Origin: an uncultured Holophagales bacterium
GTDB taxonomy: Bacteria > Acidobacteriota > Thermoanaerobaculia > Multivoradales > UBA5704
Reading direction: 5' to 3'
DNA length: 64,000 bases
Assembly (NCBI GenBank): GCA_963842525.1
Contig: CAWJGT010000034.1
Coordinates: 608,001-672,000, forward strand
In this document: positions 52,908-64,000 of the stretch, piece after piece
Numbering within the stretch: the first letter of the stretch is position 1
Layout of the letters: every line of letters starts with the position of its first letter
Translations under genes and position numbers: made by a program
Notes under the pieces: generated by a model
Databases searched by the model: none
The model's input: the letters and a program-made list of their open reading frames with translations, nothing else
Told to the model about the DNA's origin: nothing

Positions 52908-54767
52908 TTCCTGCCCTCTCCCTCGCGCAGCGTAGTGATCCGGTCCAAGGGCACGTTCGAACCTCTCGACGAGGCCGCTCGGCCAGCGGACCTCCAGGGA
53001 TTCGATCTTCTGGACAGGTCCCAGCCCGAAGCACAGGCGCCGCGTGCTCTGGCTGGCGTAGCCGTTGCCGCCGTTGACCTCGCGGATCCAGGACTGGCCG
53101 CCGGAGCGGACCGTGACGCGGGCGCCCACGGCGTCGCGGTTCGACTTCGTGCCCACGAGCTTCAGCTCGATCCAGCGGCCGGCGCCCGGAGAGACGTTGC
53201 GATAGAGCATGGACTTCTGATTGGCGTTCGTCTGATAGAGGTCGAGCCGGCCGTCGTTGTCCAGGTCGGCCATACCGATGCCGCGGCCGTCGAGGTCGTT
53301 GTCGACCCCCGCCTCGGCCGCGACCTCCTTGAACGACTGGTCGCCCAGGTTGCGGAACAGCTTCTTCTTCTGGAAGCCGCTCCAGCTCATGCCGCCAATG
53401 GCGGGCCAGTTGCGGACGTCGGTGAAGTCGATCTTCGGCGTGATGATCATCTCGAGCAGGACCGGTATGTAGTTCTCCTTGCCGGCCGAGCGCAGGCCGT
53501 CGACGGCGAAGAGGTCCTCCCAGCCGTCGTTGTCGAAGTCGCCGAATTTGGCGGCCCAACCCCAGAGCGTGTTGCACGTCCCGGTCTCCTTCGAGAGGTC
53601 GGTGAACGTGCGGTCGCCGTTGTTGTGCCACAGCATGTTGCACTCTTTCATGTACTCGTCGGTGATGTTCGTCACATAGACGTCGAGCCAGCCGTCGCGG
53701 TCGTAGTCGCCCACGTCGGCGTTCATCCCCTTGCGCGTGTCGAAGCCGATCGCCGTCTTGGTGGCGTCGTGGAAGGTGCCGTCACGGTTGTTGAAGAAGA
53801 GGCGGTCGGTCCCGTAGTCGCCGGCCAGGTAGAGGTCCTGCCAACCGTCGTTGTCGAGGTCCGCGTGGCCGGCGTCGAGCGTCCAGCCGGTGTGGTGCGC
53901 GAGCCCGGCCTTCTGGGTGACCTCGACGAAGCGGATCTGCTGCGACCCGGGCTCGGTGAGGTTTCTCCAGAGCGTGACGCCGCCGCCGTTGTCGGCTTCG
54001 TCGAGATTGTTGGGCAGCACGTGCGGGGTCGGGAGATCGATCAGGTTGACCGGCGGAAAGTAGTTGCCGAGCAGCAGGTCGAGGCGGCCGTCGTTGTCGT
54101 AGTCGAAGGCGAGGACGGCAATTGTGTTGCCGAACTTGTCGAGGCCCGAGCCGGCCGAGACGTCCTTGAGCTTGCCGCCACCCTGGTTGCGATAGAGGAC
54201 CGGTGTGCCGAAGCGGGCCACCAGGAGGTCCTGCCAGCCGTCATTATCGGCGTCGAGCCAGACCGCATCGGCGACGATCGATTTCGGGTCGTTGCCGCCG
54301 GTCACGCCCGCGGCGGCGGCCACATCGGCGAAGGCGAGGCGGCCCGAGGGGACCAGCTCGTTGCGCAGGAGATGGTTGGCGATGCCGGCGTCGGACTGGG
54401 CGACGAAGAGGTCCTCGTCGCCGTCGTTGTCGTAGTCGCCCACGGCCACCGCCGCGCCGCCGGCCGTGAACATGCCGAGGACGTCGCCGTGCTTGCCCGC
54501 GAACTTGCGGGTATGGTGGACCAGGCGCGCTCCCGCCGCCTCGCCGATCTCCTCGAAACGGATCGGCGGCGCGCCACCCTGCGCCGCGGCCAGCGGCAGG
54601 GCGAGCAGGAGCAGCGCGAGGAGGCCCCTCACCCCCGGCCCCTCTCCCATCCGCCCTCCCGATCCCCCGGGAGAGGGGAGCGAAGAGCTCCCGTGCCTTC
54701 TTCCCCCCTCTCCCTCAGGGCGGGAGGGCGGTTGGGAGAGGGGGGCCAGGGGGGTGAGGGGCCTCAC
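52904..54767 (-). CDS. CRTAC1-family FG-GAP + ASPIC/UnbV protein; frameshift near 52955
   Basis: FG-GAP repeats; SNRDAVGA; WPSG; the natural end VPLDRITTLREGEGRK* lies in another frame. Confidence 0.82.
54621..54765. repeat. REP doublet inside the 5' end of a CDS
   Basis: GAGGCCCCTCACCCCC...GGGGGTGAGGGGCCTC 16-bp terminal inverted repeat. Confidence 0.85.
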
Positions 54768-55483
54768 TTCGCCGGCCCCTCCTCATAAAGCGCGGCGAGA
54801 TTCGTATCGACCCGCTTGTTGGGATCGAGCTGGTCGTTGATGTACGTCTCCAGCTCTTCGCCGCTGCGCGCCAGGCGCGCTTCGAGCTGCGTCTCGCCGG
54901 GGAAGAGCTTCAGCCCCTCCTGCCAGATCGCCTTGGCCTTCTCGGGCTGGTCCGTCTTCCAGTAGCCGTCACCCAGCGCGATGTAGGCCCGCGCGTAGAC
55001 ACGCTTCTGGATGTTTTCCTTTTTGGAGATGGCGACCGCCTCCTCGAGGTCGGCGACGCCCAGTGGGGCACGGCCGAAGACCCTGGGCCAGTACAGGTAA
55101 CTGTTACCGCGCGTGAACAGGGCCAGCCAGGTGTGCTTCAGATCGATCGACTTGCTGAACTGGGTCAGCGCGTTGTTGGCGAGGATCACCTGGGTGATCG
55201 AGCCGGCCGCCGGGATTTTGTCGACATAGGCATAGCCGAAGTTCAGCCAGGCGTTGGCTGACTGCGGGTGCTTCTCCACCAGCTTCTCGTAGAAGTCGAT
55301 GGCGCGGTCATATTCCTTGGCCTTGATGACCGCCATCCGGTACTCGCTATGGCCCCGCAGATGATCGGGGTCGGCGTTGATCGCCGCCTCGAGCTGCGGC
55401 AGGGGCGCCGCATCGTTGCCGGCAGCCTGGACCGCGGCGGCGGCCAGGAGCATGAGCGCGGACAAAGCCAGTGGGCGTCTCAT
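54764..55483 (-). CDS. Secreted TPR protein
   Basis: Signal peptide; AWLNFGYAY and AYIALGDGYW TPR motifs. Confidence 0.85.
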   Translation of the reverse strand: MRRPLALSALMLLAAAAVQAAGNDAAPLPQLEAAINADPDHLRGHSEYRMAVIKAKEYDRAIDFYEKLVEKHPQSANAWLNFGYAYVDKIPAAGSITQVILANNALTQFSKSIDLKHTWLALFTRGNSYLYWPRVFGRAPLGVADLEEAVAISKKENIQKRVYARAYIALGDGYWKTDQPEKAKAIWQEGLKLFPGETQLEARLARSGEELETYINDQLDPNKRVDTNLAALYEEGPAK

Positions 55484-57264
55484 TTCTTCTTGCGCTCCTC
55501 GTCTGCGTGCGCAGCGGTGGCGAACGGAAAGGATTTCGCCTCTCCCTCGACGATGCGGGTGATCCGGTCCACGGGCAGGTCCTCGAAGACCTGGCGCAGC
55601 CCGGAGGGCCAGAGCACCTCCAGGCGCTCGATCGTCGTGGCCTGTCCGAGCCCGAAATGGACGCGGCGCGAGCTCTGGGCGGCGAAGCCGTTGCCGCCGT
55701 CGACGAAGCGCAGCAGCGTCCGTCCGCCGGCCGTCAGGCGCAACTGGGCCCCGATCCCTTCGCGGTTCGATTTCTTCCCCTGGAGAGCAAAGGCGGCCCA
55801 GTGCGCGGGCGGCGCGATGTTCGCGATATTGCGATAAAGGAACGGCTCGGCATTGGCGTTGGCGACGAACAGGTCGAGGCGGCCGTCGTTGTCGAAGTCG
55901 GCCACCGCGATGCCGCGGCCGTCGCGCTGCGAGTCGAGGCCGTGCCGCGGTGCCTCGTCCTTGAAGATCTGCCCGCCCTGGTTGTGGAACAGCCTCTTCT
56001 TCTGGTAGCCGGAGAGGGTCCTGTCGCCCATGGGCGGCCAGTTGCGCGCGTCCGAAAAGTCGATGTTCGGCCGCACGACCATCTCGAAGATCAGCGGTAC
56101 ATAGCTCTCGGGGCCCGCGGACACCCAGCCGTTGACCACGTAGAGGTCGAGCCAGCCGTCGTTGTCGTAATCGAAGAATTTGCCGCCCCAGCCCCAGCCG
56201 GTGTCGTACACCCCGGTCTCGCGCGCTATGTCGGTGAACTTCACCTCGCCGGGCCCGCTGGCTCCATCATTGCGCCAGAAAAAATTTCCCTCGCGCATGT
56301 AGTCGTCGGTGATGTTCGTCACGAAGATGTCGAGCCAGCCGTCGTTGTCGTAGTCGCCCCACTCGGCATTCATGCCCTTTTTCGTATCGATCCCGATCGC
56401 CTCTTTGGTGCGATCCGTAAACGTCCCGTTCCCATTGTTCAAGAAAAAGCGATCGGTCCCGAAGTCGCACGCCACGTAGAGGTCGTCGTCGCCGTCGTTG
56501 TCGGCGTCGCCGTGCCCCAGGTCCAGGGTCCAGCCGGAGAGGGTGAGGCCGGCCTCGCGGGTGACATCCCGAAACGTACCATCCCCTTGATTGCGCCAGA
56601 GCGTCACGCCGCCGCCGTTGTTGGCGGTTTCAAAGCTCTCTGGAAAGAAGCGCGGCGTATCGGGCTTGAAGACGTTCACCGCCCGGAAATAGCTGCCGAC
56701 GAAAAGGTCGATCCGGCCGTCGCGGTCGTAATCGAAGGCCACGGCCGTGATGGCGTTGCTGTAGCGGTCGAGCCCGGCGCGGCGGGTGACGTCGCGGAAC
56801 CGGCCGTTGCCCAGGTTCTCGAAGAGCTGGTTGTGGCCGAAGCGGACGACCAACAGGTCGGGCCGGCCGTTGCCGTCATAGTCGAGCCAAAGGGCGTCGG
56901 CCGAGGCGTTGCCGGCGTCGTTGCCGGCGGCCAGTCCGGCCGGTCCGGCGACCTCCGTGAAGGTAAGGTCGCCATTGTTGCGCCAGAGCAGGTTCTTGCC
57001 CGTCGCGGAGGAATCGGTCACGAAGAGATCCTCGAATCCGTCGCCGTCGTAGTCGGCCACGGCCGCCGCGGCACCCAATGCGGTGTAGCCGGCCATGATC
57101 TCGGCATAGGGGTTCTCGAACGTACGATTCGTGTGCTTGCGCGCGACCCCGGCCTTCGCCGTCACGTCCTCGAACCATCGGTCAGCAACCGGAGGCGCAG
57201 GGGCGGCCGCAATCCACAGGGCTCCAGCCACGAACACGGCTGCCCGAGCCAAGCCGACCCTCAT
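55480..57264 (-). CDS. CRTAC1-family FG-GAP + ASPIC/UnbV protein
   Basis: ATGA-coupled; DYDNDG repeats; SNREGIGA...HFGLG...WPSG. Confidence 0.9.
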   Translation of the reverse strand: MRVGLARAAVFVAGALWIAAAPAPPVADRWFEDVTAKAGVARKHTNRTFENPYAEIMAGYTALGAAAAVADYDGDGFEDLFVTDSSATGKNLLWRNNGDLTFTEVAGPAGLAAGNDAGNASADALWLDYDGNGRPDLLVVRFGHNQLFENLGNGRFRDVTRRAGLDRYSNAITAVAFDYDRDGRIDLFVGSYFRAVNVFKPDTPRFFPESFETANNGGGVTLWRNQGDGTFRDVTREAGLTLSGWTLDLGHGDADNDGDDDLYVACDFGTDRFFLNNGNGTFTDRTKEAIGIDTKKGMNAEWGDYDNDGWLDIFVTNITDDYMREGNFFWRNDGASGPGEVKFTDIARETGVYDTGWGWGGKFFDYDNDGWLDLYVVNGWVSAGPESYVPLIFEMVVRPNIDFSDARNWPPMGDRTLSGYQKKRLFHNQGGQIFKDEAPRHGLDSQRDGRGIAVADFDNDGRLDLFVANANAEPFLYRNIANIAPPAHWAAFALQGKKSNREGIGAQLRLTAGGRTLLRFVDGGNGFAAQSSRRVHFGLGQATTIERLEVLWPSGLRQVFEDLPVDRITRIVEGEAKSFPFATAAHADEERKKK

Positions 57265-59642
57265 TCCCTCCTCGCTCCGTAGCGCCTCTCGACGAGGTCC
57301 TGGCCCTCGGTGACCTGAACGATGTGGTCCGCCGCGACGTTGCGGAACCGCTGCACCGTGCCGGAGGCGGGCCACTTGACCTCGATCTCGTCGACCTTCC
57401 CTGCACCGCCGAGGCCGAAGTGGAGACGCAGCGAGCTCTGCGACCCGTAGCCGTCGCCGAGCACCACCTCACGGGTCTGCTGCTGTCCGGCGGTCCGGAC
57501 CGTCGCCCGCGCACCCACGGCGTCGCGGTTCGAGCGCGTGCCCACCAGCTCGACCTGCAGCCAGTGCCTCCGGGGCCCGACCTCGTTGCGCAGGAGCGCA
57601 TGACGGTCGGTCGAGGCGGACACGGCGATGTCGAGCGCGCCGCGGTTCCAGAAGTCAGCGACCGCGGTGCCACGGCTGTTGGTCAAGAGGTCCGTGCCGG
57701 CCGGCGTGCCGATCTCGCGGAAGGTGATCCGTCCCGATGCATCAGGCCCGTTGTTGCGCAGGTGGCGGTTGCGCTCCCAGCCGTGCCATGACTGCCGGCC
57801 AAAATGTTTGGGATCGAAAAAGATGCCGGTTTTATAATCGCTCTGCCGCCCGACGACGTTGTTCAGGAACTCCAGCTCGATCTCGGTGCCGCGGTCGTTG
57901 TAGACCCAGCCGTTGGCGCTGTAGATGTCCTGCCAGCCGTCGTTGTCGAAGTCCGCGAAATTGGAGCCCCAGAACCAGCCGAGCGGATTGGCGCCGCTCT
58001 CCCAGGACACGTCCTCGAAGGTGCCGTCCCCCCGGTTGCGCAACAGGTGATTGCCGGAAGCCATCTCCTGGAAAACCTTGACGAATTCGAAGCCCGACTG
58101 GCGGAAGATCTGGAAATAGAGCGGCATGTCGCTCTTCCACACCCCTTGCTTCCACGAATTGGCCATGTAGCGCCAGACCGTCGGCGGCTCGGCGAACCAG
58201 CCGTGCTCGGAGCGGATGTCCGCCGTGTAGATATCGAGCCGCCCGTCGTTGTCGTAGTCGCCGAACGAGGCGCTCATACCGGCGCCATAGGCCAGCGTGC
58301 CGCTGTCGACCGTCACATCGGCGAACGTCCCGTCTCCCTCGTTGCGGTAGAGCGTGGCGCGGCCAAAGTCGTTGACCACATAAAGGTCGGGGTCGCCGTC
58401 GTCGTCGTAGTCGCCGAAGACCGTGCCCAGGCAGAGGCCCGTGTCCCCCACTCCGGCTTCCTCGGTCACGTTGGTGAACTTGCCTCCCCCTTCGTTCCGG
58501 TAGAGCTGATTGGGCTCACCGTTGCGCGCATAGAAGGTGGTTGGAATGACCTTACGCGGGTCGAGGTAGCGCCCGACGTAGAGGTCCAGATCGCCGTCGT
58601 TGTCGTAGTCCGCCCAGGAGGCCACCGTGGTGACGGAGTCCTCGCCGAGGCCGGACCCCGCGGTCACATCGCGGAAGCGTCCCCGGTCATTGTGGAAGAG
58701 CTGGTTGGGCCGAAAGGTGCGGCTCACGAAGAGGTCCTTCCAGCCGTCGTTGTCATAGTCGGCGAAGGTGCCCACCGAGACGCCGTCGAGCCCCGCGAGC
58801 CCCCACGCCTCGGTGACGTCCTCGAACCGGCCGTCTCCCGCTTTGCCTCCAACATTGCGGAACATGCGCGAGGAGACCCCGTCAGGGATGAAGAGGTCGT
58901 GGAGCCCGTCGTTGTCCACGTCGGCCGCGGCGATGCCGCCCGGGCCATAGCGGATCATGCCGAAGCGGAGCGGCTCGGTGAGGAACGCCGGATAGTAGCG
59001 GTTGGTGAAGCCCACGCCCGCCTGCGCGGCGATGTTCACGAACTGCGGCGGCCCGCTCACCTCGCGCTCGCCCTCGACGAGGGAGGCCTCGCGGATGCGC
59101 ACCCCTTCGGGAGTCTGTTCCAGGCGCATGCGGAACAGGGCGCGGTCGATGCCAGGCCGGACAGCGCCCCGCGGAGTGCCGATCAGCTCCAAGCGGACGA
59201 TCGCCTCGAGCTCGTCCCCCTTCCACGTGGGAAGCCGGTGGAGGTGGACCCCGGCCTCCTGGATCGTGTCGAGGCCGGCGAGGTAGGCCTGCCATTCGGC
59301 GAGCGCGGCGGCGCGGTCGGTGGCGCCATCTCCGGCCGTGAAGCGGAGCGTCTCGATCCCGTCGCGCAAGTCGATCCGCCGCAGGCTCGCGAGGCCGAGG
59401 GGGCGGCCCTGGAATCCGGGGCTGTAGAAGCCCTCGATCGCCTCCAGGTCGCGCGTCTGGACAGCCTGGCCGAGCCGGCCCAGGGTCTCGACCACGCCGC
59501 GGCCGGTCTGGAAGAACCGCTGCCCTTCACGGTCCATTCGATCGAACGAAAGCCAGGTGCCGCTGACCAACAGGACCGGGGCAAGGACCAGACCGAAGAG
59601 GAGCGTCGTACGTCGTCGTGGCAGAAGAGTCTTTAGAGGCAC
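57261..59642 (-). CDS. CRTAC1-family FG-GAP + ASPIC/UnbV protein with an extra N-terminal (NTF2-like?) domain
   Basis: N-terminal TM; ~170-aa extra domain; FG-GAP repeats; SNRDAVGA...HFGLG. Confidence 0.88.
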   Translation of the reverse strand: MPLKTLLPRRRTTLLFGLVLAPVLLVSGTWLSFDRMDREGQRFFQTGRGVVETLGRLGQAVQTRDLEAIEGFYSPGFQGRPLGLASLRRIDLRDGIETLRFTAGDGATDRAAALAEWQAYLAGLDTIQEAGVHLHRLPTWKGDELEAIVRLELIGTPRGAVRPGIDRALFRMRLEQTPEGVRIREASLVEGEREVSGPPQFVNIAAQAGVGFTNRYYPAFLTEPLRFGMIRYGPGGIAAADVDNDGLHDLFIPDGVSSRMFRNVGGKAGDGRFEDVTEAWGLAGLDGVSVGTFADYDNDGWKDLFVSRTFRPNQLFHNDRGRFRDVTAGSGLGEDSVTTVASWADYDNDGDLDLYVGRYLDPRKVIPTTFYARNGEPNQLYRNEGGGKFTNVTEEAGVGDTGLCLGTVFGDYDDDGDPDLYVVNDFGRATLYRNEGDGTFADVTVDSGTLAYGAGMSASFGDYDNDGRLDIYTADIRSEHGWFAEPPTVWRYMANSWKQGVWKSDMPLYFQIFRQSGFEFVKVFQEMASGNHLLRNRGDGTFEDVSWESGANPLGWFWGSNFADFDNDGWQDIYSANGWVYNDRGTEIELEFLNNVVGRQSDYKTGIFFDPKHFGRQSWHGWERNRHLRNNGPDASGRITFREIGTPAGTDLLTNSRGTAVADFWNRGALDIAVSASTDRHALLRNEVGPRRHWLQVELVGTRSNRDAVGARATVRTAGQQQTREVVLGDGYGSQSSLRLHFGLGGAGKVDEIEVKWPASGTVQRFRNVAADHIVQVTEGQDLVERRYGARRE

Positions 59643-59788
59643 GGTAAATCGACTTTTAACGAGAGCTGAGCCACTCTAGAACAAGCCTCTGCTCAGGAAA
59701 ACCGGCATCGGGGACCAAAAAGGGTCTAAACCCCTTGGCGTCCACGCCACAGGGTACGATACGACCCGCTTCCGAGAGGAGGACTGCA

Positions 59789-60799
59789 ATGAGCACCGAC
59801 GAAAACCTCCGGTACGCGGCGGCGGCCTGCCAGGTCGATTTCGGCAACCCGGCGGACCGTGCAGGGATCAAGCCGCACGTGGACCGGATGCTGGCTATGA
59901 TCGACAACGCGGTGGGCGGCTACGCGCCGTTCCTGCCGGTGAAGCTGGTCGTTTTTCCCGAGTTCGCCCATGCCGCGCCAGTCTACCCCACCGCCCGCGA
60001 GCTGCTGGACAAGCTGGCCGTCCCGATCCCCAACGAGCACACGGAGCGCTATATCTCCAAGGCTCGTGAGCACGGCATCTGGATCCAGACCGGCACGTTC
60101 CTGGAAGCCGACGAAAAGTATCCGGGCGTGGTCTTCAACGCCACCTGCCTGATCGGTCCGGAGGGAATCCTCACCAAGTTCCGCAAGGTGAATCCGTGGA
60201 TCCCCTGGGAGGTCCATGCCAGCCCGCACGACCTGCCGGGCTACGAGGAGGAGATGTTCCCGGTGGCGCGCACCCCGATCGGCAACCTGGGGGTGGCGAT
60301 CTGCTACGACTGGCTCTTCCCGGAGGCGCTGCGCCAGCTCACCGCCAACGGCGCCGAGGTCCTGATCCGCGTCTCCGCCTACATGGACCCCTGGGGAGCC
60401 ACGGCACCGATGGACTGGTGGACCGTGGTCAACCGCTGCCGGGCCCTCGAGAACATCGCCTACGTGGTGGCTTCGAACCAGGCGGCGAGCCTCTCGCATT
60501 ACCCGCCGTTCTCCTGGCCGGGCGGCAGCATGGTGGTGGACTTCGAGGGGCGCATCCTCGCCCAGGCCGATCCCGGTCCGGGCGAGAAGATCGTCGTGGC
60601 ACCGGTGGACATCGGAGCCCTCCGTCACGAGAGGTCCGTCCGGCGCGGCCATCAGACCCTGGGGCATCTGCGCAGCGAGTGCTATCCCATGTACCGGCAG
60701 AGCTTCTACCCGCCGGGCCGGGGGGTGGACCGGGAGAAGCTCAGCGTGGAGGGGAACGATGAGGCGACAACAGAGGCGAAGAGGAAGCTGGGGTACTGA
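59789..60799 (+). CDS. Nitrilase/carbon-nitrogen hydrolase
   Basis: GAGGAGG RBS; triad FPEF, FRKVN, ICYDW. Confidence 0.92.
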   Translation: MSTDENLRYAAAACQVDFGNPADRAGIKPHVDRMLAMIDNAVGGYAPFLPVKLVVFPEFAHAAPVYPTARELLDKLAVPIPNEHTERYISKAREHGIWIQTGTFLEADEKYPGVVFNATCLIGPEGILTKFRKVNPWIPWEVHASPHDLPGYEEEMFPVARTPIGNLGVAICYDWLFPEALRQLTANGAEVLIRVSAYMDPWGATAPMDWWTVVNRCRALENIAYVVASNQAASLSHYPPFSWPGGSMVVDFEGRILAQADPGPGEKIVVAPVDIGALRHERSVRRGHQTLGHLRSECYPMYRQSFYPPGRGVDREKLSVEGNDEATTEAKRKLGY

Positions 60800-60823
60800 G
60801 CCGCCCGTTGCGGGGAGCACGCG

Positions 60824-63440
<2,617 letters not shown>

Positions 63441-63589
63441 CGGCCACTCTTCCTGCGCGGTCGCTCGCGGAGTATGCTCCAGTCTGGTCAGACTAAAACG
63501 GAGTTGGCTCCCGAATGGTTCAGATCGAGCGCGCTCTAGGAATCGCCTCGCAAACCTCGCGCCGCCCAGGCCTCCGCGATAAATCAACC

Positions 63590-63766
63590 CTACTTCAGCA
63601 TGAAGACCGGCTTCGGATACTCCTTCACACACGAGGGGTCGAGGCCCTGGACCGAGGCGCGATTGTAGAACTTCTGGATCAGCTCTTCCGTGCACCGGCC
63701 CGCTCCGCCGTGGGAACCCTTGGGCACGACCACCTGGAGGCTGTTGGGCAGGGTCTTCGCTACTCG
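63590..63766 (-). pseudogene. C-terminal remnant of a TAP-like alpha/beta hydrolase
   Basis: RVAKTLPNSLQVVVPKGSHGGAGRCTEELIQKFYNRASVQGLDPSCVKEYPKPVFMLK* aligns by eye with RVARTLKRSRHVVVPDAAH...GLDTACV of the 23833 gene. Confidence 0.7.
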
Positions 63767-63795
63767 TTGACTTGTACGTGGCTTTGCCGTACAGT
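63767..63795 (+). promoter_or_regulatory. sigma70 promoter with overlapping operator
   Basis: TTGACT-N17-TACAGT; palindrome TGTACG-N9-CGTACA. Confidence 0.75.
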
Positions 63796-63818
63796 GCCGG
63801 TTGAAAGAGAAGACCCCG

Positions 63819-64000
63819 ATGTCTCATGAAACCCACCGCACCGCCCGTATCGAGGCACGCATTGCCCCTGCCGAGCTCGCTGTTGTAAGGCGTGCTGCCG
63901 AGATTCAAGGCCGGACCCTCAGCGATTTCGTCGTCGCTGCTGCCCGAGAGGCCGCGCACCGGACGATTGAGGAGGCTTACCTCATCCGCCTCTCGGTCGA
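63819..64000 (+). CDS. DUF1778/TacA-family RHH antitoxin (truncated by the window edge)
   Basis: MSHETHRTARIEARIAPAELAVVRRAAEIQGRTLSDFVVAAAREAAHRTIEE. Confidence 0.88.
   Translation, partial: MSHETHRTARIEARIAPAELAVVRRAAEIQGRTLSDFVVAAAREAAHRTIEEAYLIRLSV

Noticed and set aside
49533-54767. 1744-aa giant protein
   Set aside because: Probably two genes joined by an indel near 52955: a paralog-like C-terminus and a TGA/GTG overlap exist at 52904-52907, followed by a second signal peptide.
63515-63829. 104-aa plus-strand ORF
   Set aside because: It overlaps a recognisable hydrolase remnant on the minus strand and the TA promoter.

Overview
GC-rich bacterial window. The gene content (Acidobacterial VWA protein, many CRTAC1/ASPIC-UnbV proteins, Ser/Thr kinase-TPR proteins) suggests Acidobacteriota, probably Thermoanaerobaculia-like; this is inference. 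In order: a group II intron with RT (minus strand, running off the left edge) inserted at a REP-like hairpin; two Ser/Thr kinase + sigma54 activator modules, each with readable -24/-12 promoters and palindromic enhancer sites driving unknown proteins (an RTX-repeat protein, a ~1,125-aa toxin-like protein plus partner, a DP-EP-like protein); two Phd-VapC TA modules next to broken genes; an AAA-ATPase pair; an HNH-STAND-TPR protein. A ~26 kb minus-strand cluster (33899-59642) joins five FG-GAP/ASPIC-UnbV proteins, TPR proteins and a pentaheme cytochrome to ACP, KS/CLF, a SnoaL-like cyclase, a lone HMG-CoA reductase, an acyltransferase, a phytoene-desaturase-like enzyme, a flavin halogenase and a carotenoid oxygenase. 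It is followed by a divergent nitrilase, a kinase-beta-propeller gene and a DUF1778 antitoxin. Non-coding oddities: intergenic 20-21 bp-period palindromic arrays, and REP doublets translated in-frame right after start codons. Many genes carry single indels that look like long-read errors. All assignments come from reading motifs by eye; no database search was run.
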